A stretch of DNA of 64,000 nucleotides from an uncultured virus (IMG/VR IMGVR_UViG_3300028888_000109) (IMGVR_UViG_3300028888_000109); one strand, 5' to 3'. Positions 28,441 through 38,441 are shown, numbered from the stretch's first letter. Numbers and translations are program-made. The notes: a model not told the origin generated them from the letters alone.

Positions 28441-28869
28441 ATGGATAATAATTGGTATAAAGAACATACTCCATTTTTTATTGAAGTTGAATTTAATAAA
28501 TTAGATGACCATACACAATTTGCTTTATTAGATGCATCTTTAAATGGTAAAGAAATTTTACCCGGATTAAAAGTTAATAAATGTTATAATCAAATTACAG
28601 ATGCCGATACAATATTGACTTCTGAAATGAATGAAGATTTTGCAAAGCTTATAGAGTGTTTTAATAACTTCCAAAATAAATGGCAGCAGAAATTACAAGA
28701 TCATAAAGTGGATCAAACAGTCAAAGTTGAAGGTGGAACATCTACATTAAGTGATAAAGAAAAGGATAGATATGAAAAAAGACAAGAGGATTTCAAAAAG
28801 AATAATATGGAATCTGAATGGGTGGAGATGAATGGAAAATCCAATACTTTTCCTGACATGATATTTTAA
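28441..28869 (+). CDS. Hypothetical protein
   Basis: 142-aa ORF. Confidence 0.65.
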   Translation: MDNNWYKEHTPFFIEVEFNKLDDHTQFALLDASLNGKEILPGLKVNKCYNQITDADTILTSEMNEDFAKLIECFNNFQNKWQQKLQDHKVDQTVKVEGGTSTLSDKEKDRYEKRQEDFKKNNMESEWVEMNGKSNTFPDMIF

Positions 28870-28989
28870 TTTTGAACATACTATATTAATTTAATACATT
28901 TAACAACAATTTAACAGAAATTTAATTTAATTAAAATCTCTTCTTAGGGATATCCGAAAGGATTTACACAAATATATTTTTTATTTAAT

Positions 28990-31767
28990 ATGATATTAGA
29001 TAGAACCTGGAATAAAAAGGAACAAAAACTAATTATCTCTTATATTGATAAATTAGGTAATAGACAATTTTATCAAAAATATCTCCATCATATAAAATCT
29101 TATGAGTATGCCAAAGATGGTGAATTTGAAACATGGGATGGCAAACGTTGTAATAAGATTTTTAAAGATACATTAGATTATACTCCAACAGAATTTGAGT
29201 TGTTGGAATATATGTATGAACTTCCACAAGATTTAAATAAAGCATTACATGCACAAAACTTCCCAAAAGTTTATTCATTCGATATTGAGACCGAGGTCAG
29301 TAGAGATTTTCCTGACCCAAATAAAGCTGAACAAAAGGTAACAGCTATATCTTTAGTTGGACCAGATTTGTCATGTATTGTTTATGGTTTACATAAATTA
29401 AATGAATCACAAATTCAATTATTTAGACAAAGATATTTAGATTGGTTAAGTGAAAATGAATTTGCAACTTCACTAATCAAGAACAATAATTGGAAGCCAA
29501 AAGTATTATATCAGTATTTTGCAACTGAAGAAGAAATGCTTACCCATTTCTTTACAATCATTATTCCTAAAGTAGCAATTCTTTCTGGTTGGAACTCATA
29601 CGGATTCGATATGTTGTATCTTACAAATAGAATAACTAAGTTATTTGGTAAGAATATAGCTATGAACATGATTCGTAAATCATCTCCAACTGGTGAAATA
29701 AAGAAATATCAATGGGAAAATATGGCTGGTGATAGACAATTCTTCTTTGGACCTGCTCATACAATTCTTATTGACTATATGAAGATTGTTGAGAAATATG
29801 AATATGGTTACAGACCTTATGAGTCATATTCTTTGGATTGGGTAGGTGGACATACAGTCAATGCTCATAAAATTAAATATGAAGGTTCATTGCAACAATT
29901 ATATGAGCGAGACCCAGAATGGTATTATTTCTATAACGCAATTGATAGTGCAATTACAGAATTAATTCACTATAAAGTTAAAGCTCTTGAATCTCCATGT
30001 GCAGTGTCATCAGTAACACTTGTACCATTACAAGCATCTATGGGTCAGGTGGCATTAGGAACAGCTAATGTATTTGAAGAGTTTTATTCACAAGGCAAGA
30101 AAGTTGTATGGGATTATGATGCAATCGAAAGAACTAAAGTACCTTATGAAGGAGCATTCTGTGGTTGTGTACCTGGTCGTTATGAATTTAGTGTATGTGA
30201 TGACTTTGCATCACTTTATCCTTCTCAAGTAAGAACTTGTAATCTTTCATTTGAGAACTTATATGAAAAGAAAGTTGGACCAGATAGTTTAGGAAGATAT
30301 ACTGTTGTTAGATGGTCAGAGGCTGAACTTGAAGAGTTTAGAAAAGATCCAAATTATTTTGTTACAGTTATGGGAAATGTGTATAAGAATGATAAAGACT
30401 ACACATTCCGTATTGTACAAGCAAAACTTAAAGCTAATCGTGATAAGTTCAAATATACAGGACAAAGAATTGATTCTGAACTTCTTGTAGAAATTGATTA
30501 TCTTATCGATAAATCTAATAAGCATCAATCATTAAGTCAAGATATTGTTGATTTGCTTAAGGAGAAATTCAATAAGACTTATGATGATTTGGTAACAATG
30601 TCTACTGAAGAACTTAAAGCATTCAGAGTTGAAGTTGAAGATTTAAGACATGAATTTACACTTCTTGAACTTGGTATGAAATTGCTTGGTAATGGTCTTT
30701 ATGGTTGTTGTGCTAATAGATTCTTCTATTTCTATAACATGGCTTTGGCTGGTGATATTACAGGTGAATGTCGTAATCTTACAAAGACTATGTGGCATAA
30801 TCTTGAATATTTCTTCCATGAGACATTGTGGGGAAGAAAAGATTTGTGGCAAAAGTTTAATTTTGAACTTGATGAAAGTAAGCATGATTGGTATAGAACA
30901 CAACCAACATCAGTATATTCTGACACTGATTCTGTTTATACAACTTATGGTACATTATTCAAATGTATGACTAAACCATATCAAGAATTATATAAAGACA
31001 AGAAAGCAAAAGTTGATTGGATTTTGAAATTTAACAAAGAATTCTTGGATGGTCAGAATAATCAATGGTGTCGTGATATATATGAACCAAGACATGGTAA
31101 GAATGTACATGAATTTGAGTTAGAGACTGTATCTTATGCACAAATTTGTATTAAGAAAAAGAAATATCTTAAAGGATATGCATTTGTTAAAGGTAAGTAT
31201 TATGATACACCAAAAGTATCAGGAACCGGTATTGAATTGGTTAAGTCTACAACTCCTAAACTTTGTAGAACTATATTGACTGATCTCATGAATAGTCTTA
31301 TGTTTGAATATGATGAAGATAAAAAAACTGAATATTACATGATGTTCAATCATAAATTATCTGAATATAGGAAACAATTCTATCAAGCACCTATTGAAGA
31401 TATTTCACAATCTATTGGTGTTGGTGATTATAATAAATATGTCATTGATGATAAAGATGTATTAGAATTAGGAAAACAATGCCCAGTATCTGTTCAGGCT
31501 ATTGCACGATTTAATTATCTTGCACATAAGAATAATGAAGATAATAAAATGCAATACTCAGGTAAGATTAAATATTATAATATTATGATAGGTAATAATA
31601 GTGGATATTTTGGATTCCCAGCTGGTGAATTACCATCATGGGCACCACCTATTTCAAAAATAACTCAATGGCAAAAGACTATTATTGACCCAATAAATAG
31701 ATTCTTGGAAGTAATGGGTATTCCTAAAGTCAATGCTGGTACATCACAACAATTGTCATTATTTTAA
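28990..31767 (+). CDS. DNA polymerase family B (T4 gp43-like)
   Basis: Exo I FDIET, Exo II GWNSYGFD, DFASLYPS, KLLGNGLYG, YSDTDS, KKKKY. Confidence 0.95.
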   Translation: MILDRTWNKKEQKLIISYIDKLGNRQFYQKYLHHIKSYEYAKDGEFETWDGKRCNKIFKDTLDYTPTEFELLEYMYELPQDLNKALHAQNFPKVYSFDIETEVSRDFPDPNKAEQKVTAISLVGPDLSCIVYGLHKLNESQIQLFRQRYLDWLSENEFATSLIKNNNWKPKVLYQYFATEEEMLTHFFTIIIPKVAILSGWNSYGFDMLYLTNRITKLFGKNIAMNMIRKSSPTGEIKKYQWENMAGDRQFFFGPAHTILIDYMKIVEKYEYGYRPYESYSLDWVGGHTVNAHKIKYEGSLQQLYERDPEWYYFYNAIDSAITELIHYKVKALESPCAVSSVTLVPLQASMGQVALGTANVFEEFYSQGKKVVWDYDAIERTKVPYEGAFCGCVPGRYEFSVCDDFASLYPSQVRTCNLSFENLYEKKVGPDSLGRYTVVRWSEAELEEFRKDPNYFVTVMGNVYKNDKDYTFRIVQAKLKANRDKFKYTGQRIDSELLVEIDYLIDKSNKHQSLSQDIVDLLKEKFNKTYDDLVTMSTEELKAFRVEVEDLRHEFTLLELGMKLLGNGLYGCCANRFFYFYNMALAGDITGECRNLTKTMWHNLEYFFHETLWGRKDLWQKFNFELDESKHDWYRTQPTSVYSDTDSVYTTYGTLFKCMTKPYQELYKDKKAKVDWILKFNKEFLDGQNNQWCRDIYEPRHGKNVHEFELETVSYAQICIKKKKYLKGYAFVKGKYYDTPKVSGTGIELVKSTTPKLCRTILTDLMNSLMFEYDEDKKTEYYMMFNHKLSEYRKQFYQAPIEDISQSIGVGDYNKYVIDDKDVLELGKQCPVSVQAIARFNYLAHKNNEDNKMQYSGKIKYYNIMIGNNSGYFGFPAGELPSWAPPISKITQWQKTIIDPINRFLEVMGIPKVNAGTSQQLSLF

Positions 31768-31838
31768 TTGAGAATAAAATAAATATTATTATTAAATAAC
31801 AGTAATTAAATTACTAAAAATATATTCGAATATAAATA

Positions 31839-32549
31839 ATGAAAATTACAAAAGAAATTTTAGAATCTACAGTTAAAGAAATTGCTAAAAAAGCTCTTCC
31901 AGCAGTAGTTGACGAAAATTTTAATATTGAAGAAAAGGAACCTTATGAATTATATAATGCTATCGTAGGTACAGTTTTTGATGCAGCTGGTTATAATAAG
32001 GTTGCTACAGAAGCTCCAGAATATTTGTATAGTCATATTCCTGGTGGATCAAAAATGGTAGGTGAACCTAAGTCTGCTGATATCACAGGTGATGAAAAGG
32101 TAGATGATAAAGATGTAACTGCTATTGAAGAACTTTTAAATAAGGAAAATCCAACTATAGAAGACATTAAGACTGGTGATGTAACTGGTGACTTTAAGTT
32201 AGATACACATGATAAAAAACGTATCGAAAAAGAAGCTGAACACCAAAAGAAATCAGAAGTAGATGTTGAAGAAGTAGAACCAACTACAGAACCTACAGAA
32301 CCAACAGAACCAACTGTAGAGCCAACAGAACCTGCAAAACCAGTAGAACCAACAACTGAAGAGCCTTATACACCTGATTTGAATAATCTTGAAGATGCCG
32401 AAGATGCTGTAGCAGCTATTTCCGATGCAATTAAAAATGGTGGAATGACAGCTGAAACAGATCCTGGAATGGATTTGAATAAAGATGGAGTAATTGATGA
32501 CAAAGATTTGAAAATTGCTCAAGATGCTGTTGAAAACTTAAAAGGTTAA
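31839..32549 (+). CDS. Acidic protein with three dockerin/EF-hand-like repeats and an EPT linker
   Basis: DITGDEKVDDKD, DVTGDFKLDTHD, DLNKDGVIDDKD; (EPT)n linker; N-terminus MKITKEILE-S. Confidence 0.7.
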   Translation: MKITKEILESTVKEIAKKALPAVVDENFNIEEKEPYELYNAIVGTVFDAAGYNKVATEAPEYLYSHIPGGSKMVGEPKSADITGDEKVDDKDVTAIEELLNKENPTIEDIKTGDVTGDFKLDTHDKKRIEKEAEHQKKSEVDVEEVEPTTEPTEPTEPTVEPTEPAKPVEPTTEEPYTPDLNNLEDAEDAVAAISDAIKNGGMTAETDPGMDLNKDGVIDDKDLKIAQDAVENLKG

Positions 32550-32571
32550 ATCATTCAAAATAATATTGAAT

Positions 32572-32600
32572 AAGAGTAGGAAATATTTCCTACTCTTTTT
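32572..32600 (+). terminator. Intrinsic terminator
   Basis: AAGAGTAGGAAA/TTTCCTACTCTT + T tract. Confidence 0.7.
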
Positions 32601-32630
32601 CTATTTTAAATAAAATTAATATTTATTAAA

Positions 32631-32888
32631 TTGTTCCCAGGATTTGTAACTGCATATAAAGATGATAAAGGATATATTCATTTGTATTTTTTCCCAGGAT
32701 TAGATAATCGTGGGAAGCCTATATATAGGGACATTGATCTTAAGCATCTTAATATCAAATATGATTTTAAGAAAAATATAGACAATTCGATAGATTACAA
32801 ATTTTATAACAAGAATATTATCAAATTACATTGTAAATTATTATTAAACTCAACAGAAGAAGAATTTTATCAAGTTATTGAAATATGA
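32631..32888 (+). CDS. Hypothetical protein
   Basis: 85-aa ORF, TTG start. Confidence 0.5.
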   Translation: MFPGFVTAYKDDKGYIHLYFFPGLDNRGKPIYRDIDLKHLNIKYDFKKNIDNSIDYKFYNKNIIKLHCKLLLNSTEEEFYQVIEI

Positions 32889-33454
32889 CATCAGAAATAG
32901 TATTTTGGGATAAGACAAAGGGAGATAAATGGCTTAAGACTATTTATTGTATATGTGATGGGTATCCTGAAAATGTTTGGCAAGACATAAAACAAGCTAT
33001 CAAAGAATTACAAAATGATACATATCACGAAGGTAAAACATTAACATTTAAAGATTTAGTAGAACGAATGTTATGTTTTGATGATTATAGAGTAAATCCT
33101 GTAGATATAAGATCTGATGAAATTATTAATGTATATTATTGCGAATCGTTTATAAAAATAGAAAATGATAATTTTACAGATACTTATATAACTAAAAAGG
33201 ATTATAATGGTAATTGTATAGATGATTTTGTTTTTAGAGGAGTTCAATCAAGAATAGATGTAATAAATGAATATATACATGATATTCAACAAAGAGTAGA
33301 AGAAAGAACAAGTACTAATGAATATCACCAAACCAGTTGTTATGAAAAGGATTTTTTACAAATATTTTTGATTCAAAAGAATGCCCAAAAAATAGTCGAT
33401 AATTGTAAAAAGCAATTAGAACTAATAAGTGAAAAATATACTAAATTAGATTAA
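32885..33454 (+). CDS. Hypothetical protein
   Basis: 189 aa, YxxxDGYP motif. Confidence 0.65.
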   Translation: MTSEIVFWDKTKGDKWLKTIYCICDGYPENVWQDIKQAIKELQNDTYHEGKTLTFKDLVERMLCFDDYRVNPVDIRSDEIINVYYCESFIKIENDNFTDTYITKKDYNGNCIDDFVFRGVQSRIDVINEYIHDIQQRVEERTSTNEYHQTSCYEKDFLQIFLIQKNAQKIVDNCKKQLELISEKYTKLD

Positions 33455-33675
33455 TGGCTGGTATTAAAACTAATATAATAGGTGAGCAAACTAAAGAAGG
33501 AAATTTTATAAGAACTTTACAACTAGGTGGAAAAGAATATTCAATTAAAGATCAAGTTGTTACAAATAGAGTTGATATTTTAGAAGAAAAAATAGAAAGA
33601 ATAGATGCAGCTTTACAAGTATTAAATAATACAGTATCTAAATTATTGGAAGCAAAAATTAAGGACAAGGTATAG
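33454..33675 (+). CDS. Small coiled-coil protein (motif family, copy 1)
   Basis: LQLGGKEYSIKD + heptads. Confidence 0.65.
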   Translation: MAGIKTNIIGEQTKEGNFIRTLQLGGKEYSIKDQVVTNRVDILEEKIERIDAALQVLNNTVSKLLEAKIKDKV

Positions 33676-33724
33676 TAATTTATACCTTGTTTTTTATTTT
33701 TAAATAAATTATCTTTAGTTGATA

Positions 33725-33928
33725 ATGGATAACAATATGATAAATACAATAGTTATAAATAATCAAGAATATTCCGTTAATGATTCAGAATTAAGAGATA
33801 TAGTTCATCAAATCATGAAAACTATTGTAAATAACAACAATACTTTATCATCATATATAAATGATTTGAATAATAGATTAAGTGTAATAGAAGAAAGACT
33901 TGGTATAACTAATGAATCCCAAGAATAA
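33725..33928 (+). CDS. Small coiled-coil protein (motif family, copy 2)
   Basis: IVINNQEYSVND + heptads. Confidence 0.6.
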   Translation: MDNNMINTIVINNQEYSVNDSELRDIVHQIMKTIVNNNNTLSSYINDLNNRLSVIEERLGITNESQE

Positions 33929-33976
33929 ATTCTTTTATTTAGAATTATTTTTAAATAAAAATAACTAAACTATAAT

Positions 33977-34594
33977 ATGGATGAATTGAAATTATATTTG
34001 TCTCAGTTGGAGATTGATGGTCAACTTTATGACTTGAAAGATGCAGAAGCAAGAACTTCTATTGCCGAATTAACCCAAGTAGTTGAAGAGAATGAACGTG
34101 TTACAGCAGCTTCTTTGAATGATCTTGAAGAACGTAAAGCTGAAAAGACTGATATACCTACTAAAGTTAGTGAACTTCAAAATGATGTTCCTTATGCTAC
34201 TAAAGCACAATTAGATGCTTTATCAGAAGAATTAAGTAGTGTTGATGCTGATTTCTTATCAGAATTACAAAAAATAGTAGATGAACTTGAAGGTACAGAT
34301 TCTGAAGCTGCTAATGCTTGGACTACTTTAGTAGATAAGGTTAAAGGTTTAACTATTGATGGTCAAAGTGTTACTGTTAAACAATATGTAGATGCAGCTA
34401 TTGCCGCTATTCCTTCTACTGATTTATCTGCTATTGAAGCTGCTATTCAAGCTTTACAAACTAATAAAGTAAATAAAGCAGATATTGAAGAAACTTCTAT
34501 CTCACAAGATACTTTCACTGTTGTTAATGAGAAACTTGTTATTACAACAGCTAATGTAAATGTATTAAAAAATAAAGTAGCCGCTGGTGCTTAA
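33977..34594 (+). CDS. Putative fibre/structural coiled-coil protein (motif family, copy 3)
   Basis: LEIDGQLYDLKDAEAR, IPTKVSELQND, VKQYVD. Confidence 0.65.
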   Translation: MDELKLYLSQLEIDGQLYDLKDAEARTSIAELTQVVEENERVTAASLNDLEERKAEKTDIPTKVSELQNDVPYATKAQLDALSEELSSVDADFLSELQKIVDELEGTDSEAANAWTTLVDKVKGLTIDGQSVTVKQYVDAAIAAIPSTDLSAIEAAIQALQTNKVNKADIEETSISQDTFTVVNEKLVITTANVNVLKNKVAAGA

Positions 34595-34598
34595 TTAA

Positions 34599-35210
34599 AT
34601 GAATGTCCCATCTAGTCATATAACATTAAATAAAAAGCTTTATGATATTGAAAATTTCAAACAGTATCATAACTTTTATACATTAATGCAAAATGACCAG
34701 AAAACATACAAAAGAGTGTATAATGTAGAAGAAAAAGATTTAATTATCAATAGATTTGTAAGATATGAAACATTAGTAATTTATAAAGATGTTAGAAGTG
34801 ATGTTAAACCAAGTTTTATTGTATTAGGAATTAAAAAGAATATTAAACCTATATTTGGTCATTTTGCTACAAACAAAAATTACTTTATTTATACAGATGT
34901 AAACAAAATTACTTACAAACCATTATACAATATACAATATCTTAAAAACCCATTAGAAAATTTAATTAAACCAATTAATAGCACATATTATAAATTTACT
35001 GATATAGAAGATTTAAAACAATATTATTTAATCATTAAAAACGAAGAATTAGAGAAATACAAAGAAAACATCAAAGAAAATTTAGAACATATTATCACAG
35101 AAGATTTATTCAACAAGACTTTATATATTTATGAACATGAAAAAATACAATCTTTTATCAATTCAGATTTTCTAAGAATTTATTTGTATGGAAAAGAAAT
35201 AACATTATAG
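34599..35210 (+). CDS. Hypothetical protein (motif family, copy 4)
   Basis: ITLNKKLYDIEN near the N-terminus. Confidence 0.6.
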   Translation: MNVPSSHITLNKKLYDIENFKQYHNFYTLMQNDQKTYKRVYNVEEKDLIINRFVRYETLVIYKDVRSDVKPSFIVLGIKKNIKPIFGHFATNKNYFIYTDVNKITYKPLYNIQYLKNPLENLIKPINSTYYKFTDIEDLKQYYLIIKNEELEKYKENIKENLEHIITEDLFNKTLYIYEHEKIQSFINSDFLRIYLYGKEITL

Positions 35211-35236
35211 GAGTAACATAAGTTACTCCTTTTTTT
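35209..35236 (+). terminator. Intrinsic terminator
   Basis: AGGAGTAAC-ATAA-GTTACTCCT + T tract. Confidence 0.75.
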
Positions 35237-35273
35237 ATTTTAAATTTCTATTTATTAAATACTATTTTATTTT

Positions 35274-35459
35274 ATGAATAGTAAAAAATTTATAGAAAAA
35301 TATTGTTTAATCAAAACTAAAAATGGTAAGATTAAACATATAAAATTAAAAGATTATCAAATTAAATTTATTGAATGGTATGAAGAAACGAAAAGAAAGA
35401 CAGGAAACTTGCCGTTCTGTTGCCAAGGCTATAGGAGTAGAACATATTCCTTCATTTGA
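35274..35459 (+). CDS. Small protein resembling the N-terminus of terminase large subunit
   Basis: FIEKYCLIKT...IKLKDYQIKFI. Confidence 0.45.
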   Translation: MNSKKFIEKYCLIKTKNGKIKHIKLKDYQIKFIEWYEETKRKTGNLPFCCQGYRSRTYSFI

Positions 35460-35823
35460 GAGTGGTGTTAAATGGGCAGATTTTAATCCTGATTGGAGAG
35501 AAGATACTCCTAAGAAAGAAGAAAATCAATATGGTCTTCCTAAATTATATCTTTGCCAGATTTTAACATTAGATATGACTTTCGGATATCGTTATTCATA
35601 TCGTGTTGGTTTTATTAATAACGAAGGAAAATGGAATATTGAAAATACATTAACTCATGTAATGAGATATTTAGAAATATTTTGTGATGAAACTATGGAT
35701 CAATTAGTTCAAAAGGATATTCCAAGGTTTGAAAAATCTGAAGAGGAAGAAAAAGAAGAAACTGATGATGAAGAAATAATTTGGTATAATAAAGAAGGAA
35801 GAGTTTATAAAAAAGCAGCATAA
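35380..35823 (+). CDS. Hypothetical protein
   Basis: Start probably MKKRKE; FESGVKWAD motif. Confidence 0.65.
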   Translation: MKKRKERQETCRSVAKAIGVEHIPSFESGVKWADFNPDWREDTPKKEENQYGLPKLYLCQILTLDMTFGYRYSYRVGFINNEGKWNIENTLTHVMRYLEIFCDETMDQLVQKDIPRFEKSEEEEKEETDDEEIIWYNKEGRVYKKAA

Positions 35824-35825
35824 AT

Positions 35826-36305
35826 ATGTGGGATAAAGTAAAAGAAACATTTAGCATTATGACAAATGTTAAAGTTAAACAAGATTGGAGTACTCTTGAA
35901 AAGGATGATAAATTATTTTTGATGATCCCATATACAGAAGATGGAATTATCAAATATGAATTTCAAGAGAGTCATGTTATTAATGTTCATCATTATGATT
36001 GGTGTACAAATATCAGGTTTAAGTATACTGATAGAGATATAAATAAGCGTCGTAGGGTTGAATTTTGTGTTAATAAAACAAAATATGGACAAACATATTT
36101 AGCTAATGACAAAAAGACAGGTTGGGCAAGAGAAACTCAAATTCAATTTGGTGATATGATAGTAACTTATATTAATCCTGAGTTACTTAATAATGCTTAT
36201 ACTGAACTTATACAAAATAAAATTTCAGAACAAGAAGCTTTAATTGAATCACAAAAAGAATATTTAGATAAATTAAAATCTATCCAATATAATAAAGTAG
36301 TATGA
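35826..36305 (+). CDS. Hypothetical protein
   Basis: 159-aa ORF. Confidence 0.65.
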   Translation: MWDKVKETFSIMTNVKVKQDWSTLEKDDKLFLMIPYTEDGIIKYEFQESHVINVHHYDWCTNIRFKYTDRDINKRRRVEFCVNKTKYGQTYLANDKKTGWARETQIQFGDMIVTYINPELLNNAYTELIQNKISEQEALIESQKEYLDKLKSIQYNKVV

Positions 36306-36751
36306 TAGTTTTTAAAAAAGGAAATTTGTTTGATAGTGAATGTCAAACATTAGTTAATACTGTAAATAGAAATGGAGTAATGGGAAAGGGTATTGCATTA
36401 CAATTTAAACAACAATATCCTGAAATGTTTGATGAATATAAATTAGCATGTAAAAGAAAACAAATATATCAAGGAGGTGACTTATGGCCATATGATTATG
36501 TAGATATGTTTAAGCCTCGTAAAATATTATGTTTTGCAACAAAAGAAGATTGGTGGAATCCTTCTAAATTAGTTTGGATTGAAAGAGGATTAAAAACATT
36601 TACATATGCATATTATTCATTAGGTATTACTTCTATTGCTTGGCCAAAATTAGGATGCACTAATGGTAAATTAAATTGGGAAAAAGATGTTAAGCCACTT
36701 ATGTTTAAATATTTAAACCCATTAGATATAATTTGTGAAATTTATGAGTAA
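36302..36751 (+). CDS. Macrodomain ADP-ribosylhydrolase (DarG/TARG1-like)
   Basis: KGNLF, LVNTVN..GVMGKGIALQFK, FATKEDW, SIAWPKLGC..G.LNW. Confidence 0.9.
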   Translation: MIVFKKGNLFDSECQTLVNTVNRNGVMGKGIALQFKQQYPEMFDEYKLACKRKQIYQGGDLWPYDYVDMFKPRKILCFATKEDWWNPSKLVWIERGLKTFTYAYYSLGITSIAWPKLGCTNGKLNWEKDVKPLMFKYLNPLDIICEIYE

Positions 36752-37058
36752 TTGGAAATTATTAGTAGGTGAAGATGGCCATATATGTTGGTGGTCAGGA
36801 ATGCAAAGATATATGGATAAATATAATTTGCATTGGGAGGATAATTATGAATTTGAAGATACATTGATATATTCTGGATATTCAAGAGGAACATCTTCTT
36901 GTACAGTTCAATTTAAATCAACTAAAGACAATAAAGAATATACTATGTTCATGAAAGAATTAGATGATTGTATATTTAATTTAATTGAAGGAGAATTAAC
37001 AGGAAGATTTACATTTGTCAAAAGAGGAGAAAACTATGGTATAAAATATTTAGGATAA
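36744..37058 (+). CDS. Hypothetical protein
   Basis: YSRGTSS...FTFVKRGENYGIK. Confidence 0.65.
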   Translation: MSNWKLLVGEDGHICWWSGMQRYMDKYNLHWEDNYEFEDTLIYSGYSRGTSSCTVQFKSTKDNKEYTMFMKELDDCIFNLIEGELTGRFTFVKRGENYGIKYLG

Positions 37059-37213
37059 AAATAGTGATTCTAATTGTTAAAAATGTTAAAATTTTCTTAA
37101 AAAATTAAATAAAAATTAAAATTTTATATAATTAGATATCTATTTTTTTAATATTACGTTTAGAAATTCCAATACCTTATTAGGTATAATAAATAAATGG
37201 AATTGAATATAAC

Positions 37214-38431
37214 GTGAGTAGACAGTTTAAACTTAGTAAAACCTCCTTAGAAAAAATCAATAAATATGTTAATAATACAGATTTAGAAGAAGATAACGCA
37301 GACATACTTATGAGTCAAATTGTATATGACTCAAAGATGATTAAAGATTGTTCTGAAAAATCTATTGTTGATTTTTATTTAGAAACATGTCATGAATTAA
37401 GAAAAGAAAATCCCCAAGTTGTTTTTAATGATGAGTTTATGGAAAACTTGAAAATGAAAGTTCGCCATAAATTAGTTCAAAAATATGTTTCTAACAAACA
37501 ATTTGATAATACAATAGATATATATTTTAATGAAGTTAAGAAAGAATATATATTGCACCCACAAGGAGAATCAGAAGATGTAGAATTTTGTGAAGAAAAT
37601 AGAGATTTATTTATAAAGAATAATCTTAAATTAGCTATTGAATGTGCAAAACGATATCGTAATTTAGGATTAGAATTCGAAGATTTGATTCAAATAGGTA
37701 ATGTGGGTTTATTAAAAGCTTTTGATAAATTTGATAGTGAAAGATCTAATTTGAAAGTTTCAATTGTTAAAGATATTAAATCATATGCAGGTAATATATT
37801 CAATTATGAAGAAGCTAAAAATTTAATAGTAAGAAATTTCAAATATACAAAACTTTTAGATTCTACTATCAAAAAAATTCCAGAAGAAGGATTCCATTCA
37901 AAAAATGAATTTTTAGAATGGACACAGAAAAACATAAAAAATGCTTCTTTTAGTTCAATTTCTTTCTTTTGGATTAAAGCATATATTATCAATGAGTTAA
38001 GTCAGTATGGTAAAATAATTAAACAACCAAAAACTAAGAATAAAGATGACGAAGAAGAATCAACAATCAATATTATAAGATTGGATTCAATTAATCCTCA
38101 TACTGATGATAATTATCATGATAACCAAATTTCAGAAATAGCTAATGATGAATTTATAATGGAAGACGAAGCCATTGAGAATATGGAACGTCAAAATGTA
38201 TTTAAAGAAACAGTCAATAAAGTTCTTTATAAATTAAATCCATTAGATAGAAGAATAATTAAAAAGAAATATGGAATTGATTTACCTTTCCCTATGTCGA
38301 TTCAAGAAATAGCAGAAAATGAAGGTATATCAACTAATAAAGTAAAATATTCTTTAACGAGTTCAGCAAAGATAATTGCAAATAATATTAATGCTAAAGA
38401 TAAAGAAATGATAATTGAATTGTTAAAATAA
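37214..38431 (+). CDS. Second sigma-70-family sigma factor
   Basis: NNLKLAIECAKRYRNLGLEFEDLIQIGNVGLLKAFDKFD (regions 2.1-2.2); LNPLDRRIIKKKYG...MSIQEIAENEGISTNKV (region 4). Confidence 0.9.
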   Translation: MSRQFKLSKTSLEKINKYVNNTDLEEDNADILMSQIVYDSKMIKDCSEKSIVDFYLETCHELRKENPQVVFNDEFMENLKMKVRHKLVQKYVSNKQFDNTIDIYFNEVKKEYILHPQGESEDVEFCEENRDLFIKNNLKLAIECAKRYRNLGLEFEDLIQIGNVGLLKAFDKFDSERSNLKVSIVKDIKSYAGNIFNYEEAKNLIVRNFKYTKLLDSTIKKIPEEGFHSKNEFLEWTQKNIKNASFSSISFFWIKAYIINELSQYGKIIKQPKTKNKDDEEESTINIIRLDSINPHTDDNYHDNQISEIANDEFIMEDEAIENMERQNVFKETVNKVLYKLNPLDRRIIKKKYGIDLPFPMSIQEIAENEGISTNKVKYSLTSSAKIIANNINAKDKEMIIELLK

Positions 38432-38441
38432 AATAAATATT

